A DNA stretch of 64,000 nucleotides from an uncultured Acidobacteriota bacterium (GTDB lineage: Bacteria; Acidobacteriota; CAIWXX01): NCBI GenBank assembly GCA_903916735.1, contig CAIWXX010000120.1, positions 75,746 to 139,745 on the forward strand. The letters run 5' to 3'. The notes beneath the pieces were generated by a model. That model searched no databases and was not told where the DNA came from. It worked only from the letters and a program-made list of their open reading frames with translations. Positions within the stretch are counted from its first letter, which is position 1, and every line of letters starts with the position of its first letter. Shown one piece after another: positions 38,105-49,539 of the stretch. The translations under genes were made by a program, and so were the position numbers.

Positions 38105-39679
38105 ATGTCCTTGCGCATTTCGGGAATGATGTCCAACGGGTATTCCAGCCTTCTCCTGGGCGCTGCAAGCGGCCTGTTAATGGCGCTCTCCATGCCTCCT
38201 GTGCCCGGAGGATGCCTCCTTGGATGGATCTGCATGGTCCCACTTCTCTTGGCTGTGGACCGGGCTTCAAAGTGTTTTCACAGCGTCCTGGCAGGACTTG
38301 CCTGCGGGGTTGTTTTTTTTGCAGCATGCACATACTGGACGGCCCTCGTGATGCAACACTTCGGAGACCTCTCGATGCCGATCTCCGTCCTCATCGCAGG
38401 GCTCCTCATGCTCTACCTGGCCCTCTTCCCGGCTCTCTTCGCCTATCTCGCACACCGAGCCAGATACTCTCTGCCCGAATACTGGCTGGTGATCGTTCCC
38501 TTTCTATGGGCCTCCACCGACTATCTCCGTACGACTCTGTTCACAGGCTTTCCCTGGTGCCTGTTGGGATATAACCAATACAGCTTCCTGCCGGCGGCAC
38601 AAATCGCGGCGATCGGCGGTGTCTATGCGGTCTCCGCGCTGGTGGCGCTCGGATCATGCTTTGTCATCTGGATCATCAAACGAGATTCCCGCAAGGCGAC
38701 GAGCGCATCCGTGGCGATCGCGCTCACTCTCACGGCAGGCGCCCTCGTGATTCCTACCTCCAAACATGCATCGACAGGCCGCTCCTTCACGGTCGGCATC
38801 GTGCAGCCGGGGACGCCGCCACTCCTGGAATATCGGGAGTTCATCGAAAGCGCCATGCAACGACATGTCGAGCTGACGAAACGGTTGAAGAATACGGATG
38901 TCATCATCTGGCCCGAGAACTCGCTGGTTCACGACGTGGCCTTGTTTCCTTTCTTCCGCAATAATATCGGCGACGCTGCCAAAGCCGCCGGAGCTCCCAT
39001 TCTCATCAACTCGGTTGAATATGCAGGCCAGGACGTCTTCAATAGCTCGCTCCTCGTATTTCCAGGAGGCCGACTGTCGCGTCGCTATGACAAAATGCAC
39101 CTGGTTCCGTTCGGCGAGTATGTGCCGATCCGTCGGGTGTTTTTCTTCGCGGGGAAATTCTTGCGAGAGGTCTCGGATTTCTCGAAAGGCAAGGAACGGG
39201 TCCTCTTCAATGTTCATGGGACTCAATTCGCATCGGCGATCTGTTATGAGATCATTTACGCAGGTGAGGTGGCGGCGTTTGTGAGAGATGGGGCGGAATT
39301 TATCGTCACGCAATCAAATGACAGTTGGTTCGAAGGCACGGTGATGCCCTATCAGCATCACGCCATGGCTGTCTTTCGCGCCATTGAAAACCGCCGCTGG
39401 CTTGTACGTTCCACGAATTCCGGGATCTCCAGCATCATCAATCCCGCCGGCCAATGCATACTCCGCCTGGAAAACGGCCGAAGCGATTCGGTCAGCGCGA
39501 AAATCGAACCGATCGATTCGCTTTCGATCTTTGCGCGATCGCATGATGCCTTCGCGATTACGTGCGTCCTTCTCTCACTGTGTGTCGCCGCCCCGGCGCG
39601 GATAAAGAATATTTTTCATCGCCGCCTCCGACATGAGGAGATGACGCCGGAATACAAAAGACGCCTCCATGATGGATAA
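38105..39679 (+). CDS. lnt: Apolipoprotein N-acyltransferase
   Basis: Polytopic N-terminal domain plus C-terminal CN-hydrolase domain (E-K-C triad context: IWPENS, KMHLVPFGEYVP, AICYEI). Confidence 0.85.
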   Translation: MSLRISGMMSNGYSSLLLGAASGLLMALSMPPVPGGCLLGWICMVPLLLAVDRASKCFHSVLAGLACGVVFFAACTYWTALVMQHFGDLSMPISVLIAGLLMLYLALFPALFAYLAHRARYSLPEYWLVIVPFLWASTDYLRTTLFTGFPWCLLGYNQYSFLPAAQIAAIGGVYAVSALVALGSCFVIWIIKRDSRKATSASVAIALTLTAGALVIPTSKHASTGRSFTVGIVQPGTPPLLEYREFIESAMQRHVELTKRLKNTDVIIWPENSLVHDVALFPFFRNNIGDAAKAAGAPILINSVEYAGQDVFNSSLLVFPGGRLSRRYDKMHLVPFGEYVPIRRVFFFAGKFLREVSDFSKGKERVLFNVHGTQFASAICYEIIYAGEVAAFVRDGAEFIVTQSNDSWFEGTVMPYQHHAMAVFRAIENRRWLVRSTNSGISSIINPAGQCILRLENGRSDSVSAKIEPIDSLSIFARSHDAFAITCVLLSLCVAAPARIKNIFHRRLRHEEMTPEYKRRLHDG

Positions 39680-39860
39680 AGGAAGATCATTCCAACAATC
39701 GATCGCCTGTTCCGGACCGCCTGTATCAATGATACAATGCGCGACGCGGGCCGGAAAACGCAGCCAGCCTGTTGCGCACGCAGTCTCATTCAAACCCGAG
39801 TGCAGATGGACGTGAGAAGCCGATGGCTGACGGCTTGTCTTGAACTCAAGGAGAAATAGG

Positions 39861-40962
39861 ATGTTTGAGGAATTGAAAGATCGAAGGGCGGAACAGATCA
39901 AGCTCGTCGAAGAGCTCCGAGGTTTTCTTTGAAATAGATCGCAAGAGAAAAGAAATAGCGGATGTGGAGCGGCGGATGTCCGATCCATCGATCTGGTCCG
40001 ACCAGGAAGCGCTCAAGGATCTGAACCGCAAAAAGAAACGTCTCACCGAGGCGCTGGAAAAATTCAGTGAGTTGGAACGGAATGTCGCCGATAACGGTGC
40101 GCTGCTGGAGCTCATCGAAGAGGGCGAAGCATCGATGCAACCGGAGTTCAATGAGCTTCTCAGGAAGATTGCCAGCGATCAGGAAAAACTCCGCCTGCAG
40201 GCGCTCTTCGCAAACGAGGAAGACGAAAAGGACTGCTATCTGGAAATCCATGCCGGCAGCGGTGGCACCGATTCGCAGGACTGGGCATCGATGCTTCTGC
40301 GGATGTACCTGCGGTATTGCGAAAAAAGCGGGCTCAAAGCCACAATCGTGGATTCACAGCCGGGCGAAGAGGCCGGCATCAGGAGCGCCACCGTCAGCAT
40401 CCAAGGCTCTTACGCCTTCGGATACCTCAAGGAAGAAATCGGCGTGCATCGACTCGTGAGAATCTCGCCTTTCGATAGCAACGCCAGGCGCCACACATCA
40501 TTTTCCGCGGTCTTCGTCTACCCTCAGGTGGACGACTCAATCAAAGTGGAAATTGATGAGAAGGATTTGCGAGTCGACACATTCAGAAGCAGCGGCAGCG
40601 GAGGCCAGCACGTCAACGTGACGGATTCGGCCGTCCGCCTCACGCACATACCAACCGGGCTTGTCGTCTCATGCCAGAATGAGCGTAGCCAGCACCGGAA
40701 CCGCGATATGGCAATGCGCGTCCTGAAATCACGGCTGCTGGATCTCGAACGGGAAAAACAGCAGGCAAAAAAGCAGGAGGTCGAAGACGCAAAGAAAGAT
40801 ATCGGCTGGGGCAGCCAGATCCGATCGTACTTTCTCCACCCATCACAGCGCGTCAAGGATCACCGAACCAAGGTCGATATCGGCGATGTGAACAGAGTGC
40901 TGGACGGTGATCTGGATGAATTGATCAAAGCCTCCCTCTATCACAGCCGGAGGGGCGTGTAG
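39861..40962 (+). CDS. prfB: Peptide chain release factor 2, requiring programmed +1 frameshift at CUU-UGA (39927..39932)
   Basis: ORF1 MFEELKDRRAEQIKLVEELRGFL stops at TGA 39930. The +1 frame continues EIDRKRKEIADVERRMSDPS... into the long ORF with SPF-like and GGQ (SGGQHVNVTDSAVRLTH) motifs. SD-like GAGG sits just upstream of the shift site. Confidence 0.85.
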
Positions 40963-41887
40963 AAAGAACCCATTTCGCCCTGGTCCTCCCCTCAGATCGT
41001 GCCCCTTTTCGAGGTGCGAATGGACGGCGTTGATGCCGGTGTCGCTCTCAACATATGTCCGGCTCTTTGACGCGGACCAAGTGTCGCTTGATCTCATTCT
41101 TGCTATTGGCCGTTCCCATACCAGTGCCCGAAAATATGTATCATGCTCTTCAAATCATGTTGGGAACAGGTGCGGATACGGGCTTCTCGATACCAATTTG
41201 AGCCAGATAAGATTCTTACTTCCGCATCAGGGCGATCAATTGGGTGGCTGCATCCGATAATTGAAAGAGTCACTTCTGTATGACGAATTACACTATTTAA
41301 TAGATAGAATAATGGAAAATAGCAGAAAATGACGTGGCTATCGATCTGTCTAATACATATCAGCTATTCTAAGTTATTCATTTATAACTCAGTAATGCAC
41401 AAACCATGATATCAATTGATTCACGCACAAGAATCATAATTCTCTGGAAATTATGGGAATCCCCATGAAGCATTTAATAAAAACGAGTGCTGATTTTGTT
41501 AATTCTATAAAATCCATGGATTAATTATAATTATCGATGTGAATCAGCTTCGGATTCCACCAAGCTCCGCATCTCTGCCTCCTATTGCGGACCAATTGCT
41601 GAGAGCTTTTTTTAGTGCGTACCAGCCTTGAAGGGGTTGGTCCGGGATCATTATCCGAGGCTGAATTGAATATCTCCCATTAGAGGAAAAATGAGCTTCA
41701 TCCGACACCTTGGCCATATCGCCCTTCTTTGCCGGATGATTAAGAACCATACCGCCATCTTCGAGAATAACGTGGTATATTCTGCTCGTGAGAAACATTC
41801 GCCGTCGCAATCGAGAAGGGTTTCCGTCGCTTGCACTGAAGAGTACAATGCCCGCCGTGAAGCCGTCCACCGAGAGGAAGGAATCCG

Positions 41888-42880
41888 ATGCGAATATTTG
41901 AGGACATTACCAAGACGATCGGACACACGCCACTCGTGCGGCTGAACCGCGTCATCGGTGATGCCAAAGCGACGGTGCTCGCGAAAATGGAATGCTTTAA
42001 TCCATGTTCATCTGTCAAGGACCGGACCGGCGTCAGCATGATCGATGAAGCTCAAAAGCAGGGGCGAATCAACAAGGATACCATCATCCTGGAGCCAACC
42101 ACAGGCAATACAGGCATCGCCCTGGCAATGGTTTGTGCCGCGCGCGGCCTTCGATTGACACTCATCATGCCCGACAGCTTCAGCCAGGAACGGCGGGATC
42201 TGCTGCAGGCATTCGGGGCGAAGTTGATCCTGACTCCCGCGGCCGAAGGCATGAACTACGCACGCCGCATGGCGATGGACATGGCCTCCAAAGACCTCCG
42301 CTATTTTCTACCCGAACAATTCAGCAATCCGGCGAATCCGAAAATTCACCGCGAAACGACAGGCGAAGAAATCTGGGCCGACACCGATGGAAAAGTCGAT
42401 ATCGTCGTTGCGGGAGTCGGCACGGGAGGCACCATCACTGGAGTCGGCGAGGCTCTTAAAAAGCGAAATCCCTCCGTCTGGATTGTCGCTGTCGAACCCG
42501 CCTCTTCGCCCGTCCTTTCAGGAGGGAGGCGCGGGATTCATTCGATACAGGGCATCGGCGCCGGCTTCATTCCGCAGGCTCTTAATATGAAAATTATCGA
42601 CGAAATTTATAAAATCGAAAATGATGACGCCATCCTCATGATGCGCCGCCTCGTGCGTGAAGAGGGAATGCTCGTCGGAGTCTCCTGCGGGGCCGCCGCA
42701 CATGCTGCGATCGAAATCGCCAAGAGGCCCGAAAACACGGGGAAGATAATTGTCACCATTCTACCCGACACCGGTGAACGCTACCTGACGACACAAACGT
42801 TCAGACAGATAATCGATGGAAGCTCGTCGACCCGCGCCATAGCGTACACGGCGACGCGAGGCCGAGGGATCTTCGAGTAA
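41888..42880 (+). CDS. cysK: Cysteine synthase (O-acetylserine sulfhydrylase)
   Basis: PLP-lysine motif [33 protein letters not shown]-terminal ~20-aa extension. Confidence 0.85.
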   Translation: MRIFEDITKTIGHTPLVRLNRVIGDAKATVLAKMECFNPCSSVKDRTGVSMIDEAQKQGRINKDTIILEPTTGNTGIALAMVCAARGLRLTLIMPDSFSQERRDLLQAFGAKLILTPAAEGMNYARRMAMDMASKDLRYFLPEQFSNPANPKIHRETTGEEIWADTDGKVDIVVAGVGTGGTITGVGEALKKRNPSVWIVAVEPASSPVLSGGRRGIHSIQGIGAGFIPQALNMKIIDEIYKIENDDAILMMRRLVREEGMLVGVSCGAAAHAAIEIAKRPENTGKIIVTILPDTGERYLTTQTFRQIIDGSSSTRAIAYTATRGRGIFE

Positions 42881-42889
42881 AGGAGAACT

Positions 42890-43459
42890 ATGAAAAACAG
42901 CGCCATCGCCATCCTGATCCTATCAGTGCTCTTGATGATCCCTCAAACTGGACGCGCCGGCGACGCGTTCGTCAAATTCGGCATGGCCTTGAATAAGCTG
43001 GAAGAGAGCTTCGATGCCGGCGATCGCTGGCAGATTGGATTCGGGTCGGATTGGAAGATCGCCGATACGGTTGGAATCGGGTTTGAAGTTCAGTTCGCTT
43101 ACCGAAAATACGAGACCGTGATTTTGGTGCCGCCGGGCGAGGTCCAAGTGAACTATCGATCAATCCCGCTCAATTTTTTCGGCAATATTAAACTGAAGCC
43201 CGGCTTCGAAGGCTCGGTCCATCCCTACGTCGGGGCCGGCGCGGGCATCATGGGAAGCCTCAATTCGGCCAAGGCCGACTTCAGCGACATCGCCATCGGC
43301 ACCATCAATAACAACTTCGACGGCGGCATTCACCTGATGGGCGGCATCGAGCTTGGATCCAAGGACAGCGCTGCGTTTCTGGTCGAGTTCGAACTCTCAC
43401 GCCCACTTCGCGACAGCGCTGAAAATCTCTATGTTCTCTATGGTGGAGTCAGGTTCTAG
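42890..43459 (+). CDS. Small outer-membrane beta-barrel protein (OmpW/opacity-family-like)
   Basis: Signal peptide MKNSAIAILILSVLLMIPQTGRA, alternating amphipathic strands, C-terminal ...YVLYGGVRF. Confidence 0.55.
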   Translation: MKNSAIAILILSVLLMIPQTGRAGDAFVKFGMALNKLEESFDAGDRWQIGFGSDWKIADTVGIGFEVQFAYRKYETVILVPPGEVQVNYRSIPLNFFGNIKLKPGFEGSVHPYVGAGAGIMGSLNSAKADFSDIAIGTINNNFDGGIHLMGGIELGSKDSAAFLVEFELSRPLRDSAENLYVLYGGVRF

Positions 43460-43725
43460 GCTACCAGCAATAAATCGCGTCGAGTGGGGATTCCCCGGAT
43501 CCTCGTACATCCCGAGAACCCGGTCAATTTCCTGAGTAGTACCAAATCAGTCGGGTCACACGTTAGTTGCTGCGGAGCAGCCCAGGGTGCAGAGCGCCTC
43601 TCTGCTCCTCGACGCCTCTCCTGTCACATGAAGAGATGAGCTTCATTTGCCAAATAGATGCATCCGGATGCCGGAATCGCTGGGTTCTGCTTGCCCGCAC
43701 TCGCCGGCTCTGCTAAATTTCAGCG

Positions 43726-44646
43726 GTGATTGCAGAGCTGCGGGAGAAATTTCCCAAAATTTCCTGGCAATCCAATGTCGCTCTCAGGCGCCATACTACT
43801 TTTCAAGTCGGCGGGCCGGCCACGGTTTTTGCGGAAATTTTTAGTGAAGATGAACTTGTTGGCGTTTTGGTATATCTCAGGGGAAATTGTCGACGGCACC
43901 TGGTGATCGGAGGCGGAAGCAATCTACTCTTTGATTCGGACGGGTTCGACGGCATCATCATTAAAAACCGGATTGCACAGATCCATCGCCGCGATGAAGG
44001 CATTGAAGCGTCGGGTGGATTCCCGCTGCAGGACGCACTGGAGTTCGCTCTCAACCATCGCTTAAGTGGAATTGAATTCGCCGCCGGCATACCTGGAACC
44101 CTGGGCGGCGGCCTTGCCGGTAACGCCGGCGCCTATGGATCGAACCTTGGTGAATTTCTGGCTCACGCCCGCGTCTTGACGGCAGCAGGAAACATCGTTG
44201 CCGCCGGGCCGGAATATTTTTCCTTCGGATATCGCAGCTCCCGGCTGCAACAGAACAGTGAGATCATCCTCTCGGCCACAATCCGGCTGGATGAAATACC
44301 TGCGATTGATGAATCCCGCCGGCGATGCCGGGAGATTCTCGACAAACGCGCCTCCAAACACCCCGGCACGGACATGCCTTCCGCAGGAAGTTTTTTTAAG
44401 AACCTCGATCAATTCGACGAATCGGGAAGACGGGTTCCCGCGGGGCTCCTCCTCGATCAGGCCGGTTGCAAGAGCCTCGCCGTCGGCGACGCGCACGTTT
44501 TTCCACGACATGCGAATATCATAGTGAATCGAGGCGAAGCCACGTCGCGTGACGTGCTTCAACTCGCCGCCGAAATGAAGCGCCGCGTTCTCGAAAAATT
44601 CGGCATCGAACTGGAGCCTGAGGTCAGATACGTGCCGGTTCGATAG
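43726..44646 (+). CDS. murB: UDP-N-acetylenolpyruvoylglucosamine reductase
   Basis: FAD-binding HTTFQVGGPA...LVIGGGSNLL and C-terminal MurB domain. Confidence 0.85.
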   Translation: MIAELREKFPKISWQSNVALRRHTTFQVGGPATVFAEIFSEDELVGVLVYLRGNCRRHLVIGGGSNLLFDSDGFDGIIIKNRIAQIHRRDEGIEASGGFPLQDALEFALNHRLSGIEFAAGIPGTLGGGLAGNAGAYGSNLGEFLAHARVLTAAGNIVAAGPEYFSFGYRSSRLQQNSEIILSATIRLDEIPAIDESRRRCREILDKRASKHPGTDMPSAGSFFKNLDQFDESGRRVPAGLLLDQAGCKSLAVGDAHVFPRHANIIVNRGEATSRDVLQLAAEMKRRVLEKFGIELEPEVRYVPVR

Positions 44647-44912
44647 GCTGGGGCCGATCCCCCTCTGTCGGATCATCATCGAAAGATGAGGGCCGTTATT
44701 TCACCTAGCGGCCTTGGCGAACAGATCGATGACTCGCCTTTCAAAATCGACCGGATGAGTCATCATCGCGCCCGTGTGACCGGTCACCGGCACATTCCAA
44801 ATGGAAATCGGCCCAGCGGCCTTTTTCAGAATCATCCGGATATGCCGTCTGCGAATGTTGCCGGCAACCTTGAAGGAGAGGCGTGATCACGATCAACAGC
44901 CGCGCGTTTCCA

Positions 44913-46823
44913 TTAGCTGATCGGTCTTTTCACCTTCAGATTTTTCATCAAACGGTGGAGGTAGTTTGAGTTGAGGCCGAGCGATTTGGCCGCTTCAGTG
45001 ATCACTCCACCCGCCTGATCAAGAGCGCGGAGGATGAGCTGCCGTTTGGCTTCGTTGACGGCATCGACGTAGCGAGCACTCGATTTATCGGCCTCAGGTT
45101 TGGATTCAACGAGCGCATCCGGCAGGTCTTCGGGCCTGATGAGATCGTCGAGTCCCATGACAACGGCCCGTTCAATCACATTCTGCAATTCGCGCACGTT
45201 GCCGGGCCAGTCGTACGCCAATAGGCACTCGCGCGCCTCGGGCGAGATCCCCGTCACGATCCGATTGACTTTTTTCGCATACAGAGCGCAAAAGTGGCCC
45301 GCCAGCAAAGGAATATCTTCCCGGCGTTCTCTCAACGACGGCATGGTGAACGGGACGACATTGAGGCGGTAGTAGAGATCCTGGCGGAATGCTCCCTTGC
45401 CGATTTCTTTTTCAAGATCCCGATTGGTGGCCGCGACGACTCGAATATCCACTCGAACCGGGCGGGTGGCGCCCACTCTTTCAAACTCGCGCTCCTGAAG
45501 AACCCGCAGCAACTTCAACTGCACGGCGGGAGACATCTCCCCGATTTCATCCAAAAATATTGTCCCTTCATCGGCAACTTCGAATTTTCCGATTTTTCGC
45601 GCGATCGCCCCCGTGAAGGCTCCTTTCTCGTGGCCGAAGAGCTCGCTTTCGAGCAGCTGTTCGGCGAGAGCGGCGCAGTTGATCGCGACGAAAGGCTTAT
45701 CGGCGCGCGGGCTGTTGAGATGGATCGCACGAGCCGCAAGCTCCTTGCCGGTACCGCTTTCGCCTCGAATCAGGACCGTGGAATCGGAATGAGCGACACG
45801 CGCGATGGAACGATAAATCTCCTTCATCGCAGGGCCGTCGCCGATCATGCTGGAAGCTATTTGCGTTTCAGCTGCCAGGCGCGCATTTTCATTCTCGAGC
45901 CATTCCACTCTCTGAGCCTGTTCGATCGGCGCCGATGCGATGCCGGCAATCGCCGTCAACAAGTGAAGATGATTTTCATCGAATGGGAATGCCGGATCAG
46001 TCGTATCAATATACAAAGCGCCGATGACGCGCTCCATGACAGATAGCGGGGCGCAGAGGACGGACTGGATGCGAGCTGTGACAAGGCTCTTCACCTGCCG
46101 CCACTCCTCATCGGCCACCACGTCGGTGCTCCAGACCGCCACCTTCTTGCGCAGCACATACTGGATGAGTGTACGGCTGACAGCAAAGGGTTGCGCGGAA
46201 TCCTTTTCCTTCGACCGAACGCACACCGGTTCGATATCCCCAGTATGCCTGTCCACAATCAAGACGCCGCCGTGTTCAGCCGGAATCGCATCGAAAGCCA
46301 GATCGAGCAGCCGCTGGGCGAGTGGTTCCACCCCATGCACCGTACTGACGGCAGCAGCGACGCGAAGGAGAGAATTGAGGTCGCGAATCAGCCTCCCGCG
46401 CGCCGAAATCGATTCCAGCAGCCGGCCGGGCTGCAAATGGAGCGCATCGGATGGTTCCAGTTGAATGGTTGTCTTGGCCGTGAGCGTCACATCCTGCAGT
46501 TCCATCCGGCGGGATGTTGATGTATGGTCATCGTCTTCCAAGAAAAAAACAAAATTCACCGGCCCGATGCGGATGCGGTCGCCTTGCCCCAGAAAGCATG
46601 TTGTGACAGCTTGGCCGTTGACCCGCGTCCCGTGCATGCTATCGAGATCCGTCAGCCGGAATTCGCCTCCCTCCTTCTTGATGATGCAGTGCCGCCGTGA
46701 GACAGCGGCCTCAGGAATCACAATCGTGTTCGCAGGGCTGCGCCCGATGCTCACCTCCTCATCTGATAACACAAAGTCCTTCCCGATCAGCAGACCATCG
46801 ACAGCGACAAGTCGGGGAGGCAT
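44913..46823 (-). CDS. Sigma-54-dependent transcriptional activator with N-terminal FHA and central GAF domains
   Basis: FHA ([25 protein letters not shown]...GTRVNGQAV). GAF. AAA+ with [23 protein letters not shown] (intact GAFTGA). C-terminal HTH. Confidence 0.85.
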   Translation of the reverse strand: MPPRLVAVDGLLIGKDFVLSDEEVSIGRSPANTIVIPEAAVSRRHCIIKKEGGEFRLTDLDSMHGTRVNGQAVTTCFLGQGDRIRIGPVNFVFFLEDDDHTSTSRRMELQDVTLTAKTTIQLEPSDALHLQPGRLLESISARGRLIRDLNSLLRVAAAVSTVHGVEPLAQRLLDLAFDAIPAEHGGVLIVDRHTGDIEPVCVRSKEKDSAQPFAVSRTLIQYVLRKKVAVWSTDVVADEEWRQVKSLVTARIQSVLCAPLSVMERVIGALYIDTTDPAFPFDENHLHLLTAIAGIASAPIEQAQRVEWLENENARLAAETQIASSMIGDGPAMKEIYRSIARVAHSDSTVLIRGESGTGKELAARAIHLNSPRADKPFVAINCAALAEQLLESELFGHEKGAFTGAIARKIGKFEVADEGTIFLDEIGEMSPAVQLKLLRVLQEREFERVGATRPVRVDIRVVAATNRDLEKEIGKGAFRQDLYYRLNVVPFTMPSLRERREDIPLLAGHFCALYAKKVNRIVTGISPEARECLLAYDWPGNVRELQNVIERAVVMGLDDLIRPEDLPDALVESKPEADKSSARYVDAVNEAKRQLILRALDQAGGVITEAAKSLGLNSNYLHRLMKNLKVKRPIS

Positions 46824-47142
46824 TACATCACACGCCTTCCGCCGTTAATCGAAGGGAGCCTCGTGTTGTGAAACCGAGTGCTTTCCGAATCATTTCCCCC
46901 CGCCAGGACAAACGGTTGTTTCAGAAAGAGTATACGGCGAATATCGATCCTGCGGCAACTGTGAAAGGGCGATCGTCAGGAAACCAGCTTAAGTTTTCGC
47001 TCAGGATGCCGCCGTGCTTCTGTGAAGCCGAGGACGCGTTGTCACCGCAGCCGGCGAGCAATATGGCAGAGGCAGTCTATCGGAGATCTCAGCGGGATGC
47101 CCTATAGACTCACGGCCTCGAATTGGACCAAGGTCCAATGGC

Positions 47143-48004
47143 ATGGCCTTGGTGCTTATGGCAGTTCTGTTGATAATATCGGCGGTGGCCGGCGCTCCGA
47201 TCGAGGATCAGGCCAATGCAGGCATGAGCCCGAACCTGGCGCCGCTTCTGAAAGATCCGATGATGGGAATCCGCATCGAGGCCGCGCAGCGGCTTACCGG
47301 CGTGCCTTCGGAGATGTTGACGGAGCCGCAAACAGATGCCTTCAAGTCGACCATGGCAGAGTACCGGTCAAGCCTGGAGTTTACTGCTGACATGCCTTCC
47401 GACCGATACAATCGGGGCATTCTGGAACAGAGTCTGAACCAATTGGGGGAGGCTGAGCTGTAATACAGAAAAGCACTCGACATCGACGGCCAATTTCTAC
47501 ATGGCAGCCATGAATCTTGCGATTTTGCTCAGCCAACAAGGGCGTAATCCCGAGGCCGAGACGCTTCTGCGACAGGCGGTTGACACAAACCCGCACAACG
47601 CAGCCGCAGCATTCGACCTTGGGCTGCTGCTTGCGGAGATAAGTAATAAGAGCGAGGCGCTGCAGCGGCTCTGCGAAAGGCGCTGCAAGCTGACCCGACC
47701 ATGGCGCAAGCCGCGTATCTGCCGCCGGGCGGCCGAGCAACGCCCGGGCGAGCCCAAGTATGCATTCGCCCGCGCCTACTACCAGCTTCGAAATGGAAAG
47801 GAAAAGGACGCAGTGGCCACGTTGGACCCGCTGGTGAAAACCTATCCATCCTACGGCGATGCCGTCCTGATGCTCGACGGGCTCTACGAGAAACATGGCC
47901 GTGTGAAGGAGGCCGCCGAGGTCTACGATCGGGCTTTGGTCACGACAGGGCTGCCTGAGGAGTACAGATCACAGATCGCGGCGCGGAGGAATGCCCTGCA
48001 CTGA
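47143..48004 (+). pseudogene. Frameshifted TPR-repeat protein gene
   Basis: TPR-like coding is spread over three frames (ORFs 47143-, 47501-, 47701-) with stops between, e.g. ...LNQLGEAEL* / YRKALDIDGQFL / AAMNLAILLSQQGRNPEAE... / ...AYYQLRNGKEKDAVATLDPLVKTYPSYGDAVLML... Confidence 0.5.
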
Positions 48005-48061
48005 TCGGATTCCATTTGTGCCTGAACACCCTTACCAGACGCAGCATCTTGTCGCAATCCT
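47855..48061. repeat. Copy 1 of a ~207-bp direct repeat (TPR gene 3' end plus downstream sequence)
   Basis: ggcgatgccgtcctgatgctcgacgggctctacgagaaacatggccgtgtgaaggaggccgccgag...ctgatcggattccatttg...gcatcttgtcgcaatcct is repeated at 49540..49746 with ~87% identity. Confidence 0.8.
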
Positions 48062-48276
48062 CGCAGCCGCACGGAGAGTCCAGCCCGCGTCATGCACATG
48101 GAAACGCGGCCTGAAGTCCGCGCTACGAGAGTTGAAGGCGAACGGTGCACAGCCCCCGGCTCTCGAACAGCACCCGGTGTCGCCGAAGCAACGGCAGTCG
48201 CTGAAACATACATCTTGGCAAGTTAGCCATAATGGAATATGCTCCATAATAGATTAACTAAACAGGAGGAATATCC

Positions 48277-49440
48277 ATGATACAGACGCTGCCTCGGCTG
48301 CTGAAGATGAAGCTTCCGAAGGGGCAGTCCACCTTCTTGTGGGGACCAAGGAAAACAGGTAAGACCACTTTCCTCAAAGCAGCCTTCCCAAACAGCCTGA
48401 GCTATGATCTGCTTCAAACCGACCTTTTCCTCGAGCTCGTCAAGCGCCCCTCTCTACTGCGGGAGCAGCTTCTTGCGGCATCCCCGAAGCAATTGGCGGA
48501 GCCGGTCATTATCGACGAAGTGCAGAAAGTGCCTCAGCTGCTTGACGAAATTCACTGGCTGATCGAAAACAAGGGTATGCGGTTTATCCTGTGCGGCTCC
48601 AGCGCAAGGAAATTAAAACGGGGGAAGGCGAATCTGCTCGGAGGTCGCGCCTGGCGCTACGAGATGCACCCGTTTGTTTCACCAGAGGTGGCTGACCTTG
48701 ATCTGCTCAGAGCGCTCAACCGGGGAATGATACCCTTGCATTACATGCAGGTGGAATTCCGCAAGTCGCTGCAGGCTTATGTTCAGGACTATCTCAAAGA
48801 GGAGGTGTTCGATGAAGGATTGACCCGGAATATCCCGGCCTTCTCCCGGTTCTTCGATGCGATGGGCTACTCTCACGGAGAACTGACAAATTATGCGAAC
48901 ATAGCACGGGACTGCGGCGTCGACGCGAAAACCGTCAAGGAGTATTACCAGATCCTTGTCGATACCCTTCTTGGCACAATGATCGAGCCGTACAAGAAGC
49001 GGCAGGACCGCAATGTGATAATCAGGGCTGGCAAATTCTATCTGTTTGATGTCGGTGTTGCCGGGGCCATCACCCACCGCCAGATCCCGCAGGAGAAAGG
49101 CGAGCAGTTCGGAAAGGCAATCGAACATTTCATCCTGATGGAACTGCTTGCCCATCGTACGTACCGGGAGCTGAACTACGATGTGAATTTCTGGCGGACG
49201 AAGTCAGGATTGGAAGTGGATTTTATTCTAGGTCAGGGAGAAGTGGCTATCGAAATAAAAGGGACAAGCCGGGTCGATAGCACAGACCTGCGTCCACTCA
49301 AGACGTTTATCCAGGAGTACCGGCCTGCAAGAGCGTTTGTTGTCTGCAACGAAAATGTTGCTCGGGTGCACGAGGATATTCGTATTTTGCCGTGGCATGA
49401 ATTTCTTAGAATGTTGTGGAACGGGGAAGTGATATCGTGA
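48277..49440 (+). CDS. AAA+ ATPase of the COG1373 / DUF4143 family
   Basis: Walker A FLWGPRKTGKTT. Walker B VIIDEVQKVP. C-terminal DUF4143-like region. Visibly lower GC than flanks (about 50-53%). Bracketed by the 207-bp direct repeats. Confidence 0.75.
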   Translation: MIQTLPRLLKMKLPKGQSTFLWGPRKTGKTTFLKAAFPNSLSYDLLQTDLFLELVKRPSLLREQLLAASPKQLAEPVIIDEVQKVPQLLDEIHWLIENKGMRFILCGSSARKLKRGKANLLGGRAWRYEMHPFVSPEVADLDLLRALNRGMIPLHYMQVEFRKSLQAYVQDYLKEEVFDEGLTRNIPAFSRFFDAMGYSHGELTNYANIARDCGVDAKTVKEYYQILVDTLLGTMIEPYKKRQDRNVIIRAGKFYLFDVGVAGAITHRQIPQEKGEQFGKAIEHFILMELLAHRTYRELNYDVNFWRTKSGLEVDFILGQGEVAIEIKGTSRVDSTDLRPLKTFIQEYRPARAFVVCNENVARVHEDIRILPWHEFLRMLWNGEVIS

Positions 49441-49539
49441 ATGGAGAAAAATGTAATGAACGAAAGAAACAACCTCAACACGAGACAAGAGTCGCGTCGC
49501 GCCGCGCCGGATCCGCTGATGATCGACTTTCCGTCAGAC

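Noticed and set aside
38654-39313. 219-aa minus-strand ORF
   Set aside because: Antisense to lnt; Arg-rich.
44690-44880. Short minus-strand coding-like segment (...VAGNIRRRHIRMILKKAAGPISIWNVPVTGHTGAMMTHPVDFERRVIDLFAKAAR*) between murB and the sigma54 activator
   Set aside because: It resembles the C-terminus of an alpha/beta hydrolase, but it is under 60 aa, lacks an upstream domain and start, and is probably another gene remnant. It is too weak to call as a feature.
45294-46046. 250-aa plus-strand ORF
   Set aside because: Antisense to the FHA-GAF-sigma54 activator.
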